Shown here: in pieces, positions 26,227 to 37,495 of the stretch
How positions within the stretch are numbered: the stretch's first letter is position 1
How the letters are laid out: every line of letters starts with the position of its first letter
Source: Marsupella aquatica
Lineage: Eukaryota; Plantae; Marchantiophyta
Length of the DNA: 64,000 nt
Reading direction: 5' to 3'
Assembly (NCBI GenBank): GCA_973895155.1
Contig: OZ316893.1
Span: 15,964,645-16,028,644 of the forward strand
The notes under the pieces: model-generated
Told to the model about the DNA's origin: nothing
Databases searched by the model: none
Seen by the model: only the letters and a program-made list of their open reading frames with translations
Translations under genes and position numbers: made by a program

Positions 26227-26713
26227 CAGGTGACTCGTCTACTGGATCCTTGACTTTGCTTTCTTCAAAGTACAAAGCTTGAGACAGATCAGCTTCCCTG
26301 TCACCCTTGACATACCTGATTATCCAAGTCCCAGCCAAAACCTGATCCCTAATCTGGTCTCTCCTATCAATGTTTGAATCCCTGTACTCCTGGCCCGTGA
26401 TCACCATCAATTGCTGATCATTAGCTTCATTCACTTGAAGCACAATGTTGCCAACCTGCACAGCAAAACAGTACATGTATGTTCCTTCCCCATCCCTTGT
26501 ACAGGTGTGTTGAAGTCTGCTGCGAGATCGAGGACCCAATGGTGACTCGGGGTTCTGCATTCTCAACCTGCGTTTGTACTTCCCCAAAGTGCAGGGACGA
26601 CCATCACTCAAAACTCCCCCACAGCCTTCATACGTAAAGCCTCTGGCACATAGACCCCATATCCTATCAATCCTGACTTTGTGAAGAGTATCATACAGGC
26701 TAAGCTTCTCCAT
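26174..26713 (-). CDS. Exon encoding an RPA70 C-terminal-like (OB-fold/zinc ribbon) domain
   Basis: FTYEGCGG...CTLGKYKRRL...HTCT...YMYCFAVQVG...QQLMVITGQEY resembles Rep_fac-A_C (YxxC..CxKK..C..C..Y.l.v.v.D...llG.ta.el). Preceded by the acceptor ttttgcag. The last 16 codons and the stop come from an 84-bp repeat unit. Confidence 0.5.
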   Translation of the reverse strand: MEKLSLYDTLHKVRIDRIWGLCARGFTYEGCGGVLSDGRPCTLGKYKRRLRMQNPESPLGPRSRSRLQHTCTRDGEGTYMYCFAVQVGNIVLQVNEANDQQLMVITGQEYRDSNIDRRDQIRDQVLAGTWIIRYVKGDREADLSQALYFEESKVKDPVDESPVGSNSTPTFADVGTKMP

Positions 26714-26809
26714 CTGCAAAACTGAAGCACCTCATTCTCAGAAGCAAGAATTCAAAAGTGTCCGCAGAAGTTCCAGTTACAAGAAACCAGTTACAAGAGC
26801 CCCATGGAC

Positions 26810-27500
26810 GTCAAGTCCTTCCCTGAGTACTTGCAATCATTCCCCCGGCCAGTACTTAAAGCCCTTTCCACAAGGATTTGGAGTCATTCCACAAGGACCC
26901 AGAGTCGTTCCAGGACTTTGAGTCCTTCAAAATCCTTCCATAAGGACTCAAACTCCTTTGGAGTCCTCCCACGAGGACGCGGGGTCCTTGCCCAAGGAGC
27001 CGGAGTCCCCTCTAGTCCTTTCTCAGGGATGTTTAAGTCCTTTGAAGTCCTTGCCCAAGGATTCTAAGTCCTTTCCCAAGGACTCAGAGTCCTTCCACGA
27101 GGACTCTGACTCCTTCCATGAGGACTCTGACTCCTTGCCCGAGGACTCTGAGTCCTGTCCGAAGATGACTCGTAGTCCTTTACCCAGGACTTGTAGCCCT
27201 TGCCCAAGGACTCGCAGTCCTTTCCCAAGGACTCTGGGTCCTTTCCCAAGTCCTTTTACAAGGACTAGGAGTCCTTTCCCAAGGACTCGGGTCCTTTCCC
27301 AAGGACTCGCAGTCCTTTCCCAAGGACTAGGAGTCCAGTCCTTGCCCGAGGACCTCCGACTCCTTGCCGCCCGAGGACTCCAAGTCCTTCAAAGTCCTTC
27401 CACAAGAACTTGGGGTCCTTCAGAGTCCTTTGACAAGGACTAAGTCCTGGACCAAGGACTCTATCATTGACTCTACCAAGACCCTAAGGACTGAAGCTCT
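26810..27500. repeat. Degenerate ~21-bp palindromic minisatellite (core AAGGACTCNGAGTCCTT)
   Basis: Many copies of ccaaggactc.gagtcctt variants. Isolated copies also occur at about 31185 and 31470. Confidence 0.85.
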
Positions 27501-27637
27501 TGCCCACAAACTTCAAGTCCTCACGCTAGGACTTGAACTCCTCAGGCCCTGCTGTCCAAGCTAATTTCAAACAAAATAGTCACGATTCTAGTCAAAGACA
27601 TAAAGGGGAACGGTTTGAGATAGAAAACCAAAGTTAC

Positions 27638-30297
27638 CTGCTTGATTGTTTAGACTCCGTTCACAGCTTTGGCTCTTGTTTTCCGCCCTGATTTTATCTG
27701 CTGCACATGAAACGATATTCTTTGTTATTCAGTTCATAGTACCCAGAAAACCCTCAGATTCCATTTGCTATGGGTCTCTTACAAGAAGCTGCAATCGTTT
27801 CCTGGAGTTTGAGCACTTGGGAGGAAGAACAAGGGATTCAGTTGTACTGCTGTTCGACCGTGGAGGTGTTTCTCCTGCTTCAGTTTGAACAAGGCTCAAC
27901 AGTCGCCTGAATGAAACACGAGACACGGACTCAGGAGTAAAGGGCAAGGTGCCAAGCTCAAGAGGTGTCAATAGGGTACTGGTCACCTTGCTAGCTAATT
28001 CACTCTCTTGCTTCTGTTTCTTCCTCACATGCAGTTCATTGGTCAATGTGGGATCCAACGCTGGCATTTCAGGAGAGTCATCCTCATGAGTACCCTGTTC
28101 ATGCACAGAAATAGTGTGGTTCACATTGCACAACCGCACAGCTTGGACTTGGGCTTCTTCCTGCACACACAAATGAAGACATAATTTACTACATGGCCCA
28201 AAACCGGAACCTTAGAAACCAAATACCAATTGAAACATGACAGTGTGCCTCTACATACCAGAGCTTGCGTGGACTGCATTTGTTGCACAAGGTGACGACG
28301 TCTGCCCAAGCAGGCACTGTTTACCCCGTATGTTCCCTTCATCTCTTGAATATAGCCACCTTCACCCAATGGCAACTTGTCCTGCCCTATGTTTGGAAGA
28401 CCCCAACTTTGAACCCAATCTTCCAAAAAGGGTTTCCCACATGCAAAGCAACAGGGTGCTCTTGTTTTATCCCCCAACAATGTAAATAAACAATGTGGAT
28501 GATACATGTGGCCACAACTTGCTGGAACCCAGTTGAAACAATGGTACCCGTGGCAACAAATTGGACAATTACTCACAAGCACTTCCGTTCCCACTATTGT
28601 AGTTGATGTGGGAACAAAGCGAGGTTGCAACACTGGACATGGATTGGACAAAAGAGACTCCAAAATAACCAGTTCAGACTTTTGAGCTGCTGCAGACAAC
28701 TCAAGGGGCTTCAGGTCTACTTCCAACTGTGACTCCACAACTTTTAGACGAGCTACCTTCTCTGGTACCCGTTCAAAGCGCTTGTTGTTGGTATCTATGA
28801 GCTTGTCAAATGTTGCCATCCCCTTCAGAATAGATGATTCATTGTTCTTCAACGCCTCCATGTCCTTGTTACCATCCTCTAACTTCTGCCGTAAGATAAC
28901 AATGTAGCTATCCTGCCCCCCCCGAAAAGAAAACAACACATGGCAACATTATTTTGCAGTTCATCATGCATCAATGCCTCGTCCTGCCAAACCGAATCCA
29001 ACCACCCAACAAAACATACATAGCCTACAGGTATTTTGAGCAACACAAGGACAGGCCTATGGTCTGACAAGCAGTATACCTCCTCGCCTTGCTCTCCCTT
29101 CAGCTCCTTGAGCTCCATTTCTGTTGACAAGTCATCATGTAGGGTGTCCCTTGCCTGCATTTTGCTTCTCACCTCACCCAACTCTTCCTCTAGTTTGTTA
29201 CGTTGCTCTTGAATGACAGAGATGACTGCTGGATGATCCCGTTTTGACCCCTCCAAGCTTTCCACAGTCTTCTGAACCGCACTGATGCGCTGACGAGTCT
29301 CTTTTAGACTACATTCAATCGTGACGATTTGCCCATCCAGAATGGACAGCAAAAGACTTCTTGGCAATGCAGGGAGAACAGGAGTCTCGGGCTTGGTAGG
29401 GAGAAGCTTTATCTGGGGGACACAAAGGGCTGCAGCTTCCAATGGTTTGGGATGTGGGCTCCCCTTGCTGCAAGAATCCACTATCCCTGGGTGAGCTTTG
29501 TCCCTCGCCGTTTGATTCTCGGTAGAAATCCGTGGGACGGGCTGTGGGAGATGCGTTGAAGGGTCATCCACAAGCCACTTCAAATTTTCTTCATCAAATT
29601 CCGCAGGCACTGGTGGTGAATATAGACGTAGCCTCCTTACGCAAGGAGGCCCGTCTGGCTTACCCTTACCATCTCGCTCCCATTGGGCAATTTGCCCCTT
29701 TAGCTTGGACACTGCATACACACACCAGTCCACCTTTTGCCTTTGGATCCTCTCTGCATAGGCCCCTTTGATGAAAGTGAATGACAGAAAGCCATTCATT
29801 GGTAAGTCGTAACCATCCACAACTTGGGATAGCTGCAAAACCTCCTCAATTGGAAGGCCGACACAAAGACTCAGCTTATACCCGTTCCTGTCTTTCTCTC
29901 CAAACACCTCGGCCAATTGTTCCTTGGAAATGTCTTTGATCTTATGAGGATTAATACCTTCGTTTGGAAGACCAAATGTGGTGTGGAAATACTCTGCGTC
30001 CTTAACGTAATCTTCAGGATCCCATGACTCTACAGGCACCTCCACCTTAGCCTTTCCTTTTAACGCTTTGGTACTCTCAGATAGGGGAGCAGGAGAGTCA
30101 GTCGTAGCATGGTCCGTAGCTAGGGAAGCAGAAACTTTGGGTTTGCTAGTAGTTCGCGCTCTGCCGCTACGAGGGATAACAGGGTGTGGGACAACTATCT
30201 CCTTTTCTCCTAACTGAATGGTAGAAGTTGGAGGAGCTTTTGGCTTATTAGTTGACGCATCCATGACTGCATTCGAACAAAGTGTAGAAGGTATCAC
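27638..30297 (-). CDS. Spliced, probably TE-borne gene: uncharacterised N-terminal domain, coiled coil and RING finger
   Basis: ORFs 30297-28879 and 28939-28121 can be joined through GT-AG introns. RING-like pattern CPICCHGYHCFNWVPASCGHMYHPHCLFTLLGDKTRAPCCFAC. Further putative low-complexity exons extend to about 27638. The exon model is approximate. Confidence 0.6.
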
Positions 30298-31522
30298 TGA
30301 GGAAAGCTAGTGTTCAATGGTGACAACTTCAACTACCATCGGGCGCACACCTACAGTAATTACCTCAGGGCTGTTGCGGATTGAAAATGGATGTTCAATC
30401 ACCAATGACTTGCAGGTAAAGTTTCCTCCACTGGCTCAATTCAGGCCAACCGCACGACCTGCATCCAATTTATACAAATGACGAGTCACTTTAAAAGGTT
30501 CGATTACTGAGAAGGCTTGTACTCAATCTGTGATTCATTGGTATAGTTGTTTGAAAACTACAAACAGGGCGCTATGACCTATCGGAAGTCAGCTAAGGGA
30601 ACCAAAACAAAGCTAGCCATTGTTTCGAGAGTTTCATGATTGCGCAAACCAAACCTAAGGCGACCAGTGGAAGCTTAAGACACCATCTGAAGAATAGATT
30701 TCTGATAGCTGTTCAATCAAACTTAATCCAGAATTTGCAAATGACGTTTAACATACCAAGCTATTGTACAGTTTGACTGTCGAAAAAGCTCCCCTCAATT
30801 TGAACTTCCTTCACTACCTTGCCTGTGTTGCCAACAAAGCTCCTTTCGAACCTCCTCCACTGACTGCCGATGTCTAGCTTCAAGCTATTTCACAATGAAA
30901 GCTCCCCTGTATTCTCAATGGTTTGAACGAGAGTCCTCTAAATCAATTGCGATCAATGTGACTCAATGCGTCCATGGAAGGTAGACCTCAGATTATCTTG
31001 CTAACCATCGTCGCTCTCCCTTCCTCACCCGACATTGAAACGTTCACTACTTTCTGATTTCGGCAACTATGGTTTTCAAGCTCGGTTTTCACCATCAAAA
31101 AGTTTGAGAAATTGTGGAATGCTGATAAAACTTGCCGCGTCCGCAAGTCCTTACCACTATTGTCATTGTCGTGGCTAGGATGGAAGGACTCGGAGTCCTT
31201 GTTTTCAAATAGTCCTTGACGACGTGGGACAATAGGACTTAATTATCGTCCACTTTCCAAAGTCAATTCATGCAGGCTACTTCCCCGAGGACATTTATTA
31301 AACACTTGTCGCATGTAAGTACTTTATGACTTAAATTAGAGTTCTAGGCTACTAAATCCAAAAATGGTTATAATGGAATCATTTCTCAATCATTTAATTC
31401 TAGCCTTTGATCTATGAATTTTCAATCTTGGCCATTGAGGGATATGTTGCACATTTAATGCAACATGGAAAGGACTTGAGTCCTTGTCTAGGAGAAAAAA
31501 GGACAAAAATGGTAGTCCTCAA

Positions 31523-34435
31523 TCATGCAATCCACCCTACCATACTACTGACAGGAAGCCTTTCAGTTGGTGACCCATATCCCGCTTCGGCATACTTCTT
31601 CAATTTCTCCGTTTGATTGTCAGCACGCTTCTGCAACCCGAGCATCTTATCCCTGGCTTCCTCCAATTCCTAAGATACGTCTTCAACTTCATCATTAAGC
31701 CGTTGTATCTCGGACCTGGCCATCTTCAGCTCCTCATTTAAGATCTGCACGATCTCCAACTCTTGCTTATCTACGGCTGCTTTCAAGGAGTTGTTGATGC
31801 CTTCTAGTTTTGTGACCTCTTCCGTCCATGCCTGCTTTGTCCTGGTTAGCTCCTCCTGAAGCTCCTTGCGTATCTATTGAACCCGGTTTAGGTGATCATT
31901 GGCCGTTGTGCACATGGCGTCATCATGCTTCTCACGCATGGCCTCCAACCGGTCGAGTAACTTGTCATACTTCCTTTGGGCTTCTGCCAAGGCCTTCTCG
32001 CTTTGGGTGGCCTGATCCTTAGCCGTCTTTCTGAGCCTCTCGACCTGGCGATTTAGACCCTGTACTTCTGCTTTTGAATCGGCTAACTCTAGCTCTACCT
32101 TTGTCAATTTTTCCTTGATCTGCTGGTTATCCAATTGGTAGTTTTCCAATTGGTTGTTCGCCACCTCCAATTCCTGCTGCTTAGCCAAGAGATCCTGCTG
32201 AGTTGGTTGACCAGACTTCGTCTTAGCAACTTCGGCTTCCATGGAGCAAAGTCGAGCGATTACCTCCTCTTTCTTTAACCGCTCCAACGTCATTGCCTCC
32301 TCCAGTCTCGTTTGATCAGCCACTTCTTTTCTAAGAAATGGCCCGGATTCCAACTCGTTACTGAAGATTTCTAAGGCTAAGAGTCCACACATGTCTCCAT
32401 ACTCCTTAGCCCAATTTCTTGGGTAGTTTGACCTCCCAGGTGATACTAGCATCTGCCATCGAGGTCGTCTCTCCCAAGCCTCTGCCCATAATTGATCAAA
32501 GTTAGTGAGAGGTTCGGCCTGCCTCTCACTAAGCCGTCTTATTTCTTCCGGCCACTCTCCTCCTGGTAGCTGGCATTCCTGTTTTGCATTCCGGGCCCCC
32601 CACTCCTTAATCCTCTCTTGTAGCCCGGCTTCAGCTTCCTTCATCTTGTCAAATTCCAATGGCGTCACCTCTGGTGGAGGAGATTCTGGTGTTTTCTGGT
32701 CCTCCGGCTTGCCATAGAAGACTGCGGGAAGTCTTCTACAAAACCTTCCCATCATTCTAACTCCTGGTACCGGCCTCTCCCCGTGATCGACATAGTCATC
32801 GCCGTAATCATCCACATTAACCTGACTACCTAGCATGCTGGCCTCTCCTCCAAAGCCCCCAATCTCTTCCTCCAAATATTGTTGGGCTGCTGCTGGTTGA
32901 CTTTCCTCCACAGGTCCCTCCACTTGGGCTCTGTTAGAAGCTCTTAATACCGGCCTCTCCTGGCTTTGGCTTACCTTCTCATCTGTCTCCGAATCCATTC
33001 GCTCGTCATATTTCTTTCTCTCTTCGGCAGTCATCTTCCTTTCGACCAATTGGATGCCTGCATATGGATTATTATGAGTAGGTCGGCGCAACGGATTTCT
33101 CACTACATCATATGTTACTACCTTTGGCTCCTTGATAGGGGAATGCTCCCGTTCTTGTGTTGCCGGTGTTGCCGACCTCCTCCCGTGGCGTCGTTTGCTT
33201 AGAGGCTCCTCGTCCTCCTCCACCTCCTCAAGTGGTGCAGTGATCGGCATCCGCTCTTGTATAGGCAACACCGGTGCAAAAGACTGGCTTCTTGCATATC
33301 GGCAAAGTAATTGCAGATGGTACCCTAGTCTGGATACCGCTCCCTCCCCAATGCTCTGCTTCTCTTCATTTAATGCCTTCTTCAACTGCATTAAGAGATA
33401 GTCGTTGTAGTCTCGGCTTGGATCGATATTCTCCACCAAAAATACCTAGGCTTTGCCGATTTCTGCTCTCGGCAAGGTACAATGCAACGTGACTCTCAAG
33501 AAATCAATCAGCTGCCCTATATGCGGGTTGGTACATTGATTCCTAAAAAACCCATTCTTAGTGGAAGGCCCTGGAAATGACCTAAACTGGTCATCCGTCA
33601 ACATCTTCCTCTGCTCCACCTTAGTCTTCTTTCCTCTTGGTAAAGCGAAGATGGCTTCAATAAGTGCAGGTGTTAGTTTGAACACCTTTCCATACAGCAG
33701 CGTCGTGTTGGAAGAAGCCTCCCAGCATCCCACGAAGTCCAACAGATCCTCATCTGGTATGTCTACCATCCTCCAGGACAACCTGACAAAGCCCTCCAAC
33801 CCAGTGTCATTCATATATCTTGCATATTTATTATCCTGAACGGCATTGAAGACCTCATCCTCATCTCTTTCGAACTGTAATTGTAAATTGGCAGGTAACC
33901 TGTTCGCCCACCCTGTCATGGTTTTATCCTCTACAGCCCAATCTCTAACTGGCCCAAATTCCATCTTGATTGGTCTCTTCGACCTAGTTCGCTTTGCTGG
34001 AGTGGCGGATGCCGAACCTCCCTTGCGCTTCATCTCTTGAGCGCCTGAATACTCCCCAAGAATGGCTTCCTTTGTCCACTTCATAGTGTGACCCTTCAAT
34101 TCCCAAAGTGGCTGCCCTGCGTTCTTGATTGCCTCCCTAATCCCCACGACCTTATTCTCCCGGATCAGCAATTTGTCAAGCTCTGCACTGGTGGGTGTCC
34201 ACGAGAACTTTTCCAACACCTCCTCCGTATCTACGAATGCCATTTTGTGAATTCCCCACAATCGCGCAAGCTCCGCTCGTTCTCTGGCTGCGCGCTCCGG
34301 CTCAACGTCTTCATACGTAGGTATCAGCTGCCTTGCTTCTTCAAGCAAACAACCCCAAAACTTCCCTGCCTGATTCACCGTGTTCATTCCACCGAATGCC
34401 AAGAACTTGCGAAATCTCCCAATCCACCTTAGCAC
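31523..34435 (-). pseudogene. About 950-codon reading frame: plant mobile domain (PMD)-like region plus long C-terminal coiled coil
   Basis: ORFs 34435-33446 and 33439-31874 and the continuation to TGA at 31523 share one frame, broken only by three TAG codons (33446, 31874, 31670). GLEGFV...LLDFVGCWEASSNTTLLYGKVFKLTPALIEAIFALP resembles PMD/plant transposon protein motifs (LVERW..ETHTF..GEMTITL.DV..LLGLP). Confidence 0.65.
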
Positions 34436-34568
34436 TCGACTGACAGTTGCTCCTCAATGTCAAAACCGTGTACATGAGAATGCGAAATGGTAGAGTATTG
34501 GTCACCTTACTCTGAAGCCGCCACTTAGGGGTCCTTGTGATCAAGCATGGATTAGGTCATAACTCCAA

Positions 34569-34594
34569 TCCGTTGGATCTCAACCGTTGGATCC
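34569..34594 (-). promoter_or_regulatory. Paired MSA-like (MYB3R) elements upstream of the PMD-like ORF
   Basis: Minus strand GGATCCAACGGTTGAGATCCAACGGA carries two TCCAACGG cores. Confidence 0.4.
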
Positions 34595-34721
34595 TTTCCT
34601 TTATCATCTACACGTAGAAATTGGCATCGGTCTTTATTGTTACCTTATACTCTCTATCTATCCTTATTTAGCCATTTTTTTAGGCTTAGTTATTACTTCG
34701 TGATCCTGGCAAGGCATCATA

Positions 34722-36068
34722 GTTACAAGTTAAGGCATTTTGGTGCCCACATCCGCAAGGGTCGGTGTACTGTTTGACCCCAATTGTACCTTTGAAATTG
34801 ATAAGGTTACAAGTTAAGGCATTCTGGTGCCCACATCTGCAAGGGTCGGTGTACTGTTCGACCCCAATTGTAACTTTGGAATTGATAAGGTTACAAGTTA
34901 AGGCATTCTGGTGCACATATCCGCAAGGGTTGGTGTACTCTTTGACCCCAATTGTAATTCTAAAATTGACAAGGTTACAAGTTTAGGCATCCTGGTGCCC
35001 ACATCCGCAAGGGTCGGTGAACTGTTTGACCCCAATTGTACCTTTGAAATTGATAAGGTTACAAGTTAAGGCATTCTAGTGCCCACATCTGCAAGGGTCG
35101 GTGTACTGTTCGACCCCAATTGTAACTTTGGAATTGATAAGGTTACAAGTTAAGGCATTCTGGTGCACACATCCGCAAGGGTTGGTGTACTGTTTGACCC
35201 CAATTGTAATTCTAAAATTGACAAGGTTACAAGTTAAGGCATTCTGGTGTACTCATCCGCAAGGGTCGGTGTACTGTTTCACCCCAATTGTACCTTTGAA
35301 ATTGATAAGGTTACAAGTTAAGGCATGTTGGTGCCCACATCTGCTAGGGTCGGTGTACTGTTTGACCCCAATTGTAACTTTGGAATTGATAAGGTTACAA
35401 GTTAAGGCATTCTGGTGCCCACATCCGCAAGGGTCTGTGTACTGTTTGACCCCAATTGTAATTCTAAAATTGACAAGGTTACAAGTTAAGGCATTTTGGT
35501 GCCCACATCTGCAAGGGTTGGTGTATAGTTTGACCCCAATTGTAACTTTGGAATTGATAAGGTTACAAGTTAAGGCATTCTGGTGCACACATCCGCAAGG
35601 GTCGGTGTACTGTTTGACCCCAATTGTAATTCTAAAGACAAGGTTACAAGTTAAGGCATCCTCGTGCCCACATCCGCAAGGGTTGGTGTACTGTTTGACC
35701 CCAATTGTAACTTTGGAATTGACAAGGTTACAAGTTAAGGCATCCTGGTGCCCACATCCGCAAGGGTCGATGTACTGTTTGACCCCAATTGTACCTTTGA
35801 AATTGATAAGGTTACAAGTTAAGGCATGTTGGTGCCCACATCTGCAAGGGTCGGTGTACTGTTTGACCCCAATGGTAACTTTGAAATTGATAAGGTTACA
35901 ATTTAAGGCATTTTGGTGCCTGCATCCGCAAGGGTCGGTGTACTGTTTGACCCCAATTGTAACTTTAAAATTGATAAGGTTGCAAATTAAAATTCTTCAG
36001 TGAACACATCCTTAAGGGTTGGTGTAATGTTTGACCCCAATTGTAACTTTAAAATCATTTGATAAGGT
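34722..36068. repeat. 84-bp tandem array C (16 units)
   Basis: Units start at 34729, 34813, 34897, 34981, 35065, 35149, 35233, 35317, 35401, 35485, 35569 (3-bp deletion), 35650, 35734, 35818, 35902 and 35986. Same orientation as arrays A and B. Confidence 0.98.
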
Positions 36069-37495
36069 ACAGGAAAATTTTCAAAATTCCCAACACTAAA
36101 TTAACATCATCTGAACATATTTTTTCATCACCATTTTTTCGTAATTAAAAATGCAAAGACATGACCTAAATTATGAACGTGGCTTTGACTTACTCAACTT
36201 AGGTAAAGTTGGCTTAGGGTAAGGTTGGCGTAACATAAAGTGGAGGTATCCCCTTACTAGCTCTTCTTCTCTCAAGAAAATTTCAACTCATTTGATTAAG
36301 TAAGGTGAAGTCTGTTTGAATCTTAATCTTTTTAACTCACTATTGGGAAATTTGTTTGAGCTCAAATGTCTAGAGTCCACATATTTCCCCTAGTTTTCTC
36401 TCTGTCTTTGAACATTTTCAGCCCATTTGATTGAGTAACAAAAAATGATAAAGCCCACTGATTGGATTGGTTTGGCCCTAACTTAAGCTTAGTCGGCTTA
36501 GGAAAGTTGACTTAGGGTAACATTGGGCTAATTTCAAGTATAAATATAGTTTTATTTTGAACTCACAAATTTGACCTCAGTTTGAGCTCAAACTTTAAGT
36601 ACATATTCTCCTAGTTTACTTTTATCTCTCAACAAGTTTTTAGCACATTTGGTTAAGTAAGGAGAAAATGCAGAATCACAAAGCTTCAGATAGATTTTGG
36701 TTTCTTGACTTTGATTTGGTCAGCTTAGTCAGAGTAGACATAAAGTACCTAAGATGGGTTTAAGACAAGATTGGAGAGCTCAAACTTTAGCTTCCCTTAT
36801 AGATTTCCCTAGCTTTCCTCTATCTTGTAGAGATTTTTCAGCCCATTTGGTTGAGTACAACAAAAATAATTGAAAGTTTTAGAGATCCAATTTGATTTTG
36901 GCTTCAACTTAGTTTCCCCATAATACTGGCACATATTTAATTATGTTTTGCCAGTTTCTTAGTGACATGCAACTAGCACATACTTGACATGTGTTACAAC
37001 TCTCACACACATCAACATTCTTGCATGTGTTTCCATTCTCACACGCATGACAATTCTAACACGAGTGAGTTTATTGTGCATCAATCCACGTTTCACAATT
37101 CTCACCAATGATCAATAAACATAAATGGTTAAGATTTGACTTGTTGTCTTATTTTATTGCCCAAAGTACTATGCAAGTTTTTGTTTAAATTTGGTATCAC
37201 AGAATATGTATCATTCCTGCACATGAACCAGAAATTTTCTTCACGCTTGTCACACGAGTGTCTTCAACCATCACACGAGTGTTAAGGCACGTTGCACAAT
37301 CTCCACCATTGATAAGTAAAATCCAACGGATATGAATTAATTGTTGACGTGAAATGTTCTCTGAATTTTAAAATTTGCAAGAGTCTCTAACTGGACCCGT
37401 AAAAAGTATTTTACATTACTTGGGGCCAGTACATGTCATCTAGGATTGATACATATCATACTTGAGTGGACCCCACTTCTTTACACCGATTCCGA

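Noticed and set aside
26958-27443. Plus-strand KDSESF-repeat ORF
   Set aside because: Explained by the palindromic 21-bp minisatellite, which reads similarly on both strands.
35101-36003. C2H2 zinc-finger array (28-aa period, KAF, Cys/His)
   Set aside because: No CxxC...HxxxH spacing or TGEKP linker in any frame.
34722-36068. CRISPR array
   Set aside because: The units are contiguous near-identical 84-mers with no unique spacers, there are no cas genes, and the context is eukaryotic.
25081-36068. Retrozyme or hammerhead ribozyme repeats
   Set aside because: No CUGAnGA/GAAA catalytic core was seen on either strand of the unit.
23964-36068. Cassette and arrays as the 3' region of the DNMT-gypsy (Tat/Ogre-like antisense ORFs)
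   Set aside because: The integrase is cut off at about 23963 and no polypurine tract or 3' LTR was found, so continuity cannot be supported from this window.
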